From the IMG/VR virus record IMGVR_UViG_3300005838_000003: 33,712 bases of DNA; one strand, given 5' to 3'. Shown in pieces: positions 7,792 through 14,990 of the stretch; positions within the stretch are counted from its first letter, which is position 1, and each line of letters starts with the position of its first letter. The translations under genes were made by a program, and so were the position numbers. The DNA is from a virus. The notes below the pieces were generated by a model. That model saw only the letters and a list, made by a program, of their open reading frames with translations. It was not told the origin of the DNA and ran no database searches.

Positions 7792-7903
7792 AACTTGTAA
7801 AAAATGTAATAATGAGTATAGTTATATAGGTTCAGCACAGAATGGTTTTATGTGGTATTGTAGAAAATGTAACCATATAGAGTGGGCACCTAACAAAAAA
7901 TAA
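7778..7903 (+). CDS. Mini-ORF, 41 aa, zinc-ribbon-like (CKKC...CRKC)
   Basis: Translated manually: MPYNKTCKKCNNEYSYIGSAQNGFMWYCRKCNHIEWAPNKK. Its ATG lies 14 nt inside the terL 3' end in another frame. Two CxxC pairs. Confidence 0.45.
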   Translation: MPYNKTCKKCNNEYSYIGSAQNGFMWYCRKCNHIEWAPNKK

Positions 7904-7910
7904 CCAATAT

Positions 7911-7983
7911 ATTTTTTAGTTTAATATATTTTATATATATTTGTTGTATATCAATAATTAAGTTAATATAAAAAACAAACAAA
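7911..7983 (+). promoter_or_regulatory. Promoter-leader repeat, copy A (contains TATATTTG at 7936-7943)
   Basis: Aligns by eye with 8861-8932. Shared blocks are TTTAGTTTAATATAT, TATATTTG and AGTTAATATAAAA..AACAAACAAA immediately before the ATG. Confidence 0.6.
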
Positions 7984-8145
7984 ATGGATGTATATAAAAA
8001 CGCAAAGTTAATTGGAAAAGCAATAGGGAATTTAGAATCTCTTAAAAAATATGCTGACTTACCAGCTTATCAAAAAGAGTGGCTAAAAGACGCTTTAAAT
8101 GCTATTAAGTTAGTTGATTATATTAACCTACAAGATAATTTTTAA
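7984..8145 (+). CDS. Mini-ORF, 53 aa (MDVYKNAKLIGKAIGNLESLKKYADLPAYQKEWLKDALNAIKLVDYINLQDNF)
   Basis: Translated manually. It is the first ORF after promoter-leader copy A and ends 1 nt before ATG 8147. Confidence 0.55.
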   Translation: MDVYKNAKLIGKAIGNLESLKKYADLPAYQKEWLKDALNAIKLVDYINLQDNF

Positions 8146-8146
8146 A

Positions 8147-8419
8147 ATGACAGATAAAAAACAAATTGAAGAATTAGAAAAACAATTAGCAGCAGCTAAA
8201 AAACACCATTACGTTTATGATACTCATTCATTACATTGCTCAGATGGTGAACTCTATATGTATCATAGCGGATTTGAAGATGAGGAGAAGTGCCTTGTAA
8301 TTAACGTAGAGCAGCTTTTTAAAGACTTACCCTTCATTGTGAGCCAAGTAACTAAAGAGAACGCAAAGATGCAGGAGATGTACTTAAACAGCCTTAAAGA
8401 ATCATTAAAAGAATTATGA
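8147..8419 (+). CDS. Hypothetical protein, 90 aa from ATG 8147
   Basis: The track ORF starts at TTG 8114, inside the preceding mini-ORF. The in-frame ATG 8147 (MTDKKQIEE...) fits the gene packing. Confidence 0.65.
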   Translation: MTDKKQIEELEKQLAAAKKHHYVYDTHSLHCSDGELYMYHSGFEDEEKCLVINVEQLFKDLPFIVSQVTKENAKMQEMYLNSLKESLKEL

Positions 8420-8601
8420 GACCAATGAGAGAAATAGGGAGATTAATAACAGCATTTTTTAATCCTTCACCTTCTGGTAATTTTTGGATAAGGGTAAACA
8501 AAAAAATGAAAACCCAAGAAGATAAAAATAATTTTATATATTCAACTATTGAATTATTAAATTTAGAAATTGAGGTAGATGAACAAAATACAGAATACTA
8601 A
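8416..8601 (+). CDS. Hypothetical protein, 61 aa
   Basis: ORF track; ATGA overlap with the upstream gene. Confidence 0.55.
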   Translation: MRPMREIGRLITAFFNPSPSGNFWIRVNKKMKTQEDKNNFIYSTIELLNLEIEVDEQNTEY

Positions 8602-8860
8602 AGACCTTTCGTTTTATAATAATGCTATATTATTTACTGAATTAATTAATAAAAAAGTAAATGATAATATTGATGATGAGGAATTAAAGCTAATGCAAAC
8701 TTTAATAATAGACATATTCTTTTATGTCAATAACCTACAAACTCATTTAGCTAATATCAAAATACAAAATAGTAAGTTGAGGGAATTAAGAAATGATGCA
8801 TTATTAAGAGTAAATGAATTAACTGAAGAAATTGAATGGATAGAAAATAATGTTATTTAA
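8579..8860 (+). CDS. Hypothetical coiled-coil protein, 93 aa
   Basis: ORF track. Heptad-like LRELRNDALLRVNELTEEIEWIE. Confidence 0.6.
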   Translation: MNKIQNTKDLSFYNNAILFTELINKKVNDNIDDEELKLMQTLIIDIFFYVNNLQTHLANIKIQNSKLRELRNDALLRVNELTEEIEWIENNVI

Positions 8861-8932
8861 ATTGTTTAGTTTAATATATATTTTGTATATTTGATATATA
8901 TTACTAATAAGTTAATATAAAATAACAAACAA
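8861..8932 (+). promoter_or_regulatory. Promoter-leader repeat, copy B (contains TATATTTG at 8886-8893)
   Basis: See copy A. The distance from the TATATTTG start to the ATG is 47 nt here and 48 nt in copy A. Confidence 0.6.
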
Positions 8933-9103
8933 ATGAAAGAAATAGATTATATTAAAAGAGATATTAAAACTCTTAAAAAGCATTTAAAGAATTGTATAAC
9001 AAATAATACAATGTACTTAATACCTGTTCTTAAAAATCAATTAGAAAGATTAGAACAAACAAAATTTAATTTAGAAGTAGAACAATATAAAGATTTTTTC
9101 TAA
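8933..9103 (+). CDS. Mini-ORF, 56 aa (MKEIDYIKRDIKTLKKHLKNCITNNTMYLIPVLKNQLERLEQTKFNLEVEQYKDFF)
   Basis: Translated manually. It is the first ORF after promoter-leader copy B, and its stop overlaps the next ATG (TAATG). Confidence 0.55.
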   Translation: MKEIDYIKRDIKTLKKHLKNCITNNTMYLIPVLKNQLERLEQTKFNLEVEQYKDFF

Positions 9104-9207
9104 TGATTAATAAATTTTTAAATCAAAATCCAAATAATTGGAAGTGGCTAATCAGCTTTTATGCTGTAGCCGCTTTATTAATAATCCTTTTAACAATTAA
9201 GATATAA
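9103..9207 (+). CDS. Mini-ORF, 34 aa, single-pass membrane peptide (MINKFLNQNPNNWKWLISFYAVAALLIILLTIKI)
   Basis: Translated manually. TAATG coupling upstream; ends 2 nt before ATG 9210. Hydrophobic C-terminal helix. Confidence 0.4.
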   Translation: MINKFLNQNPNNWKWLISFYAVAALLIILLTIKI

Positions 9208-9209
9208 TT

Positions 9210-9491
9210 ATGGAAATATATAATTTAGAAAATCCTGCATACTTAGAAGCTAAAGGATTAAGTAAAGTTTGGAAAGCTTATTACAAATTCTGTACAAGAG
9301 AAGATATAATGTCAGTAGGGTTTAATGAAAATAGTGGATATGTTTATATTGCTTTGGAAAGTGGTATTTCTATTGCGTCTGCTTTTGGTCAGTCAGTTGA
9401 TTATTTAGTAACTGATATGGATGATGGAGAGGAGTTTTTTTATGATACTATTGAAGAAGCAGAAAATAAATTAAATAAATTAAATGTATAA
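9210..9491 (+). CDS. Hypothetical acidic protein, 93 aa
   Basis: ORF track. By manual count there are about 17 D/E against 7 K/R, with an acidic tail TDMDDGEEFFYDTIEEAE. Confidence 0.65.
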   Translation: MEIYNLENPAYLEAKGLSKVWKAYYKFCTREDIMSVGFNENSGYVYIALESGISIASAFGQSVDYLVTDMDDGEEFFYDTIEEAENKLNKLNV

Positions 9492-9494
9492 AAT

Positions 9495-9722
9495 ATGAAA
9501 AATTCAAAAGAATACGACCGATTATATGCTTTAAAAAATAAAGAGTCTATAAAAGAAAGAAGGAAAAAGGATTATATAGAAAAAAAATTCTATATTTTAA
9601 AGCAACAAAGAGAATATTATCAACTTAATAAAGAAAAGAAATTAGAAAAGGCAAGAGAATATTATCAAAAAAATAAAGTAGAAATTTATAAAAAAGAAAA
9701 ATTAAGAAAACAAAATGGATAA
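9495..9722 (+). CDS. Hypothetical K/E-rich protein, 75 aa, with an internal REYYQxNK duplication
   Basis: ORF track. The 15-nt direct repeat AGAGAATATTATCAA at about 9610 and about 9655 encodes the duplicated REYYQ motif. Confidence 0.55.
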   Translation: MKNSKEYDRLYALKNKESIKERRKKDYIEKKFYILKQQREYYQLNKEKKLEKAREYYQKNKVEIYKKEKLRKQNG

Positions 9723-9843
9723 TCACTGGTTATATACTACACCTCCTTGGGATGAGCCACAGCACGAATGTGATGAGTGTGGTAAACCAATCTATAAACA
9801 AGGACACTGCTCTTATAATTGTTGGGAAGCAAGTCAGTTGTAA
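9715..9843 (+). CDS. Mini-ORF, 42 aa, Cys-rich zinc-binding-like (CDEC...C...C)
   Basis: Translated manually: MDNHWLYTTPPWDEPQHECDECGKPIYKQGHCSYNCWEASQL. It overlaps the upstream gene end by 8 nt, is locally GC-richer, and is followed by a strong terminator. Confidence 0.5.
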   Translation: MDNHWLYTTPPWDEPQHECDECGKPIYKQGHCSYNCWEASQL

Positions 9844-9866
9844 AATTACTTTTGTTTGTTTAAATT

Positions 9867-9896
9867 AGGTGCTTAGAAATAAGCACCTTTTTTTTT
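9867..9896 (+). terminator. Rho-independent terminator
   Basis: AGGTGCTTA-GAAA-TAAGCACCT forms a perfect 9-bp stem with a GAAA loop, followed by a run of T to 9896. Confidence 0.9.
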
Positions 9897-9928
9897 ACAT
9901 TAAATTCTCTAATTAAATACGTTATATA
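9896..9928 (+). promoter_or_regulatory. Late box copy 2: TACATTAA-N15-ACGTTATATA
   Basis: ACG at 9919 lies 13 nt before ATG 9932, immediately downstream of the terminator. The upstream half is degenerate and spaced 15 rather than 12 nt. Confidence 0.5.
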
Positions 9929-9931
9929 AAT

Positions 9932-10582
9932 ATGGAAGTTAAATTAACAATACCAAATAATTTAAGTGAGATTACACTTAAGCAATATAAAAAATACCTA
10001 ATAATAGGTGAACAAAATGATGATGTTAATTTCATACAAGCTAAGATGATTGAAATATTCTGTGGTATTAGTCATAAACTTGCAACGATGATGAAATACT
10101 CAGACGTTGAAGAAATTACAGGAACCATTAATAAAATGTTTTTACAAAAACCTAAATTAGTAACCACATTTAAAATGAATGGAAAAGAATATGGTTTTAT
10201 TCCTGATTTAGATGATATGACTTTAGGAGAATATATTGATTTGGATTCTTATTCAGGTGATTATGAAAATATAGAAGTTGCAATGAATGTTTTATATAGA
10301 CCTATTGAAGCAAAACTAAATGGCAAATATTCAATTAAGAAATATAATCCTGAAACAAAAAATGAAATGTTAGAGATGCCAATGGATGCAGTTATTAGTT
10401 CTTTGTTTTTTTTTCTGAATTTAGGACTGGAATTGTCGGAAATTACCCTGAACTCTTTGGCGAAGCCACAAATAACACAGTTGGAGGAGTACAAGCATTT
10501 TCAGCAAAATATGGATGGTATCAAAGCCTTTTTGCCTTATCTGCAGGAGACATTATCAGATTTAAAGATATCACTCAACTAA
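9932..10582 (+). CDS. Frame-0 product (216 aa) of a putative tail assembly chaperone-like gene
   Basis: ORF track. First gene of a late unit. It contains a T9 run at 10406-10414 where a second frame opens. Stopping at 10582 leaves an atypical 82-nt gap before the next gene. Confidence 0.6.
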   Translation: MEVKLTIPNNLSEITLKQYKKYLIIGEQNDDVNFIQAKMIEIFCGISHKLATMMKYSDVEEITGTINKMFLQKPKLVTTFKMNGKEYGFIPDLDDMTLGEYIDLDSYSGDYENIEVAMNVLYRPIEAKLNGKYSIKKYNPETKNEMLEMPMDAVISSLFFFLNLGLELSEITLNSLAKPQITQLEEYKHFQQNMDGIKAFLPYLQETLSDLKISLN

Positions 10583-10668
10583 AATTTCACGAATGTTTTT
10601 TAATGTTAGCATTTATGAAAGACAAAAATGAATTAGAAGCACAACAAATAAAAAAGAATTTTAAATGA
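9932..10668 (+). CDS. Predicted -1 frameshift (or T10-corrected) fusion product, about 245 aa (9932..10414 joined to 10414..10668)
   Basis: The -1 frame opens at 10399, right after a TAG at 10396-98. It has no start codon of its own. It reads ...SEFRTGIVGNYPELFGEATNNTVGGVQAFSAKYGWYQSLFALSAGDIIRFKDITQLKFHECFLMLAFMKDKNELEAQQIKKNFK and ends in an ATGA overlap with ATG 10665. Confidence 0.55.
10406..10414 (+). other. T9 homopolymer; candidate slippery site for ribosomal -1 frameshifting or transcriptional slippage
   Basis: Read directly: TTG TTT TTT TTT CTG in frame 0. Confidence 0.6.
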
Positions 10669-11135
10669 GCCAAGAAGGTACAAGAGCATTTTATCAAGTC
10701 ACAGAAACTTTAAAAGCACAGCTATTATTAGACGTTAATGTACACACAGTAACAACAGGAGATATAAGCGAAGTTGATTTACAAAAGCAAACTATATTTC
10801 CACTTTCTCATATAATTATAAATAATGTAGGTCAAGAAGATGGTGTGTTAAGATTTAATGTTTCAGTACTTGCTATGGATATTGTACATCAATCAAAAGA
10901 AATAACAATAGACCAGTTTGAAGGTAATAACGATTTACAAGATATTTTAAATACTCAGTTATCAGTTTTAAATAAACTCATTCAAGTATTAAGAAAAGGT
11001 ACTTTACATTTTGATAAATACCAATTAGATGGGAATCCAAATATCGAACCGTTTTATGATAGATTTGAAAATGAATTAGCAGGATGGACTGCAACAATGG
11101 ATATATTGATTTATAACGATATAAGTATTTGCTAA
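10665..11135 (+). CDS. Virion protein, 156 aa; possible head-tail joining or tail completion protein
   Basis: ORF track. Its position in the late structural unit, its size and the pattern FPLSHIIINNVGQEDGVLRFNVSVLAMD resemble small neck/tail-terminator proteins. The function is a guess. Confidence 0.45.
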   Translation: MSQEGTRAFYQVTETLKAQLLLDVNVHTVTTGDISEVDLQKQTIFPLSHIIINNVGQEDGVLRFNVSVLAMDIVHQSKEITIDQFEGNNDLQDILNTQLSVLNKLIQVLRKGTLHFDKYQLDGNPNIEPFYDRFENELAGWTATMDILIYNDISIC

Positions 11136-11731
11136 TGAAATTAGAAGAACTAAATAAAATGTTTAATGACTTTGGTAAATATATGGTTAGTCAATCTAAA
11201 AATAACCTAAAAGATTTAGGCAAAGGAGGAGGACCACTTGAGAATTCTATTACTTATGATGTTGATGATAAACAAAAAGGAAAAGTAATATTTGAATTTT
11301 TAATGCAAGATTATGGAGAGTTTCAAGACAAAGGAGTAAAAGGAGCAGACCCAAATAATTTATCTCCTAATGCAAAGTTAACAGGACAACAAGCACCAAA
11401 TTCTCCTTATAAATATGGAAGTGGAAGTTCAAAAGGTAAATGGAAAGATTTTGTAAGAAGCATTTCTGCTTGGGCGCAAATGAAAAACATAAGATTAAGG
11501 CAATATAAAATGGTAGATGGAAAGTCAGTTGCTACTGGAAAATTTGCAAAAGGAAATTATGAATCAATAGGTTATGTGATTGCAAGTAATATTTATAATA
11601 GAGGATTAAAACCTTCTTTCTTTTACACTAAACCTTTTAATAAAGCATTTGAAAATTTACCTGATGACCTTTTTGAATCATTTGCAGTAGATATAGAACA
11701 CGGATTAATAGAACAAACAACTAAAAAATAA
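11135..11731 (+). CDS. Putative HK97 gp10-like head-tail connector protein, 198 aa from ATG 11135
   Basis: The N-terminus FGKYMVSQSKNNLKDLGKGGGPLENSITYDV resembles the gp10-family pattern (...ak.n....tG.L..si). TAATG coupling at 11133-11137. The track start is TTG 11129. Confidence 0.4.
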   Translation: MKLEELNKMFNDFGKYMVSQSKNNLKDLGKGGGPLENSITYDVDDKQKGKVIFEFLMQDYGEFQDKGVKGADPNNLSPNAKLTGQQAPNSPYKYGSGSSKGKWKDFVRSISAWAQMKNIRLRQYKMVDGKSVATGKFAKGNYESIGYVIASNIYNRGLKPSFFYTKPFNKAFENLPDDLFESFAVDIEHGLIEQTTKK

Positions 11732-12741
11732 TGGCAGGAATACTCTTAAGAAGTCCAGTTTATAAAACAGCAACAGCAGGTGCAGGAACTTTTTCAACTA
11801 AATGTACTATCACAATAGATGGAACATTAAGATATACACTTGTTAAATCAACTTCAGCAGGAGCTACAATACTCTGGGAGATTTCAGAATTATGTAGAGA
11901 TTATATAGAAACAAATCCCACGCTACGACCTGTTGGAACGTTTCTTCCAGTAGTTACAGTTGTAACCTCTCACGTAGCTACAGATGGAAGTGGTGCAGCA
12001 GTTGCTACTGACACTTTCACAGATGTTGGATATGATGGTTATGGAACTTTTTTAGAAGGAGCAAGTCCATCTGTTTCAGCAGATGGCACAGCTCCTCCAG
12101 GATGGTTAGTATCTGGTAAATCTCCAAATGAAGGAACTAATAATTATTTTTACTCTTATGTGCCTACTGGTGCTATTGGTTGGGTTCCTTATATAGATTC
12201 AAGCAGTGAATTATTTTATCAGCAATACACCATTTCTAATGACGAAAGTACTCCGATAGCACTTGCAGGTTCTTATAATATGAATTTTGTCCGAATTGAT
12301 TGTACCAAATACGGAACAGGAAACAGAATATTATTCACTAATAAATTTGGAGCATTACAAGAGATATGGTTCTTTTTAAAAGAAGTTAATGAAACTGCAA
12401 GAAAACAAAAAACATTCCAAAGAAATATAATAAGTCCTACAGGAACTTACAGTACAATCGAACACACTAAACAAGTTTTTAATACAACTGCTACTAATAC
12501 ACTAACATTAAGCTCTGGATATTATCCTGAATGGGCAAACGACTGGTTTGAACAATTAATGCTTTCCGAGTCTGTATGGCTTATTAATTCAGCTATTGGT
12601 GTAAACCCTACTTCAGCTAATTATATACCGTTAAACGTTAAGAAAAGCAGTATGACACGCAAGACATCACTAAACAATAGGCTTATTGAATATGAATTTG
12701 ACTTTGATATGTCTTATGATTATATAAATAACATAAGATAA
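11731..12741 (+). CDS. Virion structural protein, 336 aa (tail-associated, function unassigned)
   Basis: ORF track. TAATG coupling. Thr/Ser/Gly-rich beta-type composition typical of tail or baseplate components. Confidence 0.6.
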   Translation: MAGILLRSPVYKTATAGAGTFSTKCTITIDGTLRYTLVKSTSAGATILWEISELCRDYIETNPTLRPVGTFLPVVTVVTSHVATDGSGAAVATDTFTDVGYDGYGTFLEGASPSVSADGTAPPGWLVSGKSPNEGTNNYFYSYVPTGAIGWVPYIDSSSELFYQQYTISNDESTPIALAGSYNMNFVRIDCTKYGTGNRILFTNKFGALQEIWFFLKEVNETARKQKTFQRNIISPTGTYSTIEHTKQVFNTTATNTLTLSSGYYPEWANDWFEQLMLSESVWLINSAIGVNPTSANYIPLNVKKSSMTRKTSLNNRLIEYEFDFDMSYDYINNIR

Positions 12742-12756
12742 CATAGAATAACATAG

Positions 12757-14850
12757 ATGCAAAAACTACAGTTATATATAGCAACTGAAAGAATCGACTT
12801 ATTTAAAGATGAACAGGTTTCTATAAGTTTATCTCAACAAGATGTAAAAGACCCAAAAAAGATATTTGCTGAGTTTACTAAAACTTTTACAATACCTGCA
12901 AGTGCTACAAATAATAAAATCTTTGACCATTATTATAATTATGATATAATAAACGGATTTGATGCTAGAGATAAAGTAGAAGCATCAATAGAATTAAATA
13001 ACATTCCTTATAAAGATGGCTTTGTTGCTTTAAATGGAGTTCAGTTAAAACAAAACAAACCTTATGCGTATAAGATTACTTTCTATGGTAAGACAATTAA
13101 TCTTACTAAAACATTTGGTGAAGATGATTTAACTGTATTGAGTGGAGAATTAGATGCTGCTTATGGATTAGATTATACTGCTGCGAATGTTCAAACAAAA
13201 TTTCAAGGAGCTGTAGGTGATGTTATTATTGCTCCTCTAATTACTCATACCGAACAACTTTATTATGATTCTGGAACTCACGTTTTAGAAGATGGCAATG
13301 TGTATTATAATTCAGGTGTAGGACATTCTCACGGAGTTATGTGGGATGAATTAAAATTTGCTATTAAAATAGATACAATAGTTTCAGCTATTGCTACTCA
13401 TTATTCATTAACTTTTTCAGATGATTTTTTTAGCAACGCTACTAATTATCAATTCAATACTCTTTATCTATGGATGCATAGAAAAAAAGGCAAGGTAGAA
13501 CCAACTCAACAGATTGCAAATTACTCAACTCAAGTTGATGGATTTACTCTAACTTCCTCCTCTGGTAATTCAGGTGCTACAATAATGTCAGGCACCACGA
13601 CCTTAGAAATAATTCCAGGTTCTGATGACTTAATACAAAATGACTTAGAGCTTGATGTAAATGCTTCTTATACTACCATTCCTTATAGTGTTCGTTTATA
13701 TCAAAATGGCTCATTGTGGTGGACTTCAACTGAAGTAGCAAACGATAGAACTTTAGATAATTCAGATTTTGGTTATTTGCCTGTTGGTACTTATTATGTA
13801 GAAATCGTTACAGCAACAGCTATGACGTTTGATAATGTGATGTGGAGTATAGCAGGTAACCCTCAATTACCTGTTAACGTAACAGGATGGACTGCAGTAT
13901 ATGAATCAGGGTCTTTCAATGCTACAACTATATTTGAGTTTTTACCATCTGCTCAATTACCTACAATTAAAGTAATTGACTTTATGAACGGCTTGTTTAA
14001 TATGTTCAATCTAACTGCATATTATGACAATCAAAAACTATTAGTAAATGGAAGCGTAAATCCAGATTATGGGAATATAAAAATTCAAACCTTAGATTCC
14101 TTTTATGCTAATAATTTTAATACTTGGGATATTTCAGAATATATTGCAATAGATACAAGCGAAGTAAATGTAGGATTACCATACAATGAAATCTCCTTTG
14201 GATATGAAGGAGTTGAAACTTTACTCGCTCAAACTTTTTCACAGGAACAGAGTATGGCGTGGGGTGCTTTAAAATATTCAGGAGGCACAAGATTAACAGG
14301 TCCAAACACTTCTTATACAATTAGTTTACCTTTTGAGCATATGCAATATGAAAGACTTGTAAACCAATTCAATAATGGAACAACAACTATTCAATATGGT
14401 AGATTTGTAGATGATAATTTTGATTCTTATTTAGGTAAGCCATTAATATTTTATCCTATTAAACAAACAAGTGGTACAGCAATATCATTTTTAACAACTG
14501 CTACCTCTCACGTTTCTTTAGTGGATTATATCATTCCATCAAATACCAGAGCGATAGCAACTGCTACAAGTACTGACAGTATTAATTTCAATGATGACGT
14601 AAACGAATATACAGGAGCATCTGGGTTTACTGGAACGTTATTTAATAATTACTACAGCACCTATATAACTGATGTCTTTAATACAAAAAGAAGAATTACA
14701 AGAATATCCGCTTTTTTACCCTTAAAGATTATATATAAATTACAAATGAATGATGTAATAACTATCAATAATCAAAATTATAATATAAATAGTGCAAACA
14801 TCAATCTAATTACAGGGAAAACTAAATTAGAATTATTAAATAAGGTATGA
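12757..14850 (+). CDS. Large virion structural protein, 697 aa (tail tip/baseplate-like, function unassigned)
   Basis: ORF track. Assigned from size, position upstream of the tape-measure-like gene, and beta-rich composition. Confidence 0.6.
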   Translation: MQKLQLYIATERIDLFKDEQVSISLSQQDVKDPKKIFAEFTKTFTIPASATNNKIFDHYYNYDIINGFDARDKVEASIELNNIPYKDGFVALNGVQLKQNKPYAYKITFYGKTINLTKTFGEDDLTVLSGELDAAYGLDYTAANVQTKFQGAVGDVIIAPLITHTEQLYYDSGTHVLEDGNVYYNSGVGHSHGVMWDELKFAIKIDTIVSAIATHYSLTFSDDFFSNATNYQFNTLYLWMHRKKGKVEPTQQIANYSTQVDGFTLTSSSGNSGATIMSGTTTLEIIPGSDDLIQNDLELDVNASYTTIPYSVRLYQNGSLWWTSTEVANDRTLDNSDFGYLPVGTYYVEIVTATAMTFDNVMWSIAGNPQLPVNVTGWTAVYESGSFNATTIFEFLPSAQLPTIKVIDFMNGLFNMFNLTAYYDNQKLLVNGSVNPDYGNIKIQTLDSFYANNFNTWDISEYIAIDTSEVNVGLPYNEISFGYEGVETLLAQTFSQEQSMAWGALKYSGGTRLTGPNTSYTISLPFEHMQYERLVNQFNNGTTTIQYGRFVDDNFDSYLGKPLIFYPIKQTSGTAISFLTTATSHVSLVDYIIPSNTRAIATATSTDSINFNDDVNEYTGASGFTGTLFNNYYSTYITDVFNTKRRITRISAFLPLKIIYKLQMNDVITINNQNYNINSANINLITGKTKLELLNKV

Positions 14851-14990
14851 TAAAAGATATAATAAGTTTACTTAAAACAGTAAATAATGAAACAGAAAAC
14901 ATTAGAATAGCTAAAGGCAAAAATAAACTTGCTACCAGTTGGTCTGAAGCATTTAAACAAATAAAAGATTCATATAATGGCAATAACTAA
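14847..14990 (+). CDS. Mini-ORF, 47 aa (MIKDIISLLKTVNNETENIRIAKGKNKLATSWSEAFKQIKDSYNGNN)
   Basis: Translated manually. ATGA overlap with the 697-aa gene. It covers the gap 14851-14976 and overlaps the next gene's start by 14 nt. Confidence 0.45.
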   Translation: MIKDIISLLKTVNNETENIRIAKGKNKLATSWSEAFKQIKDSYNGNN

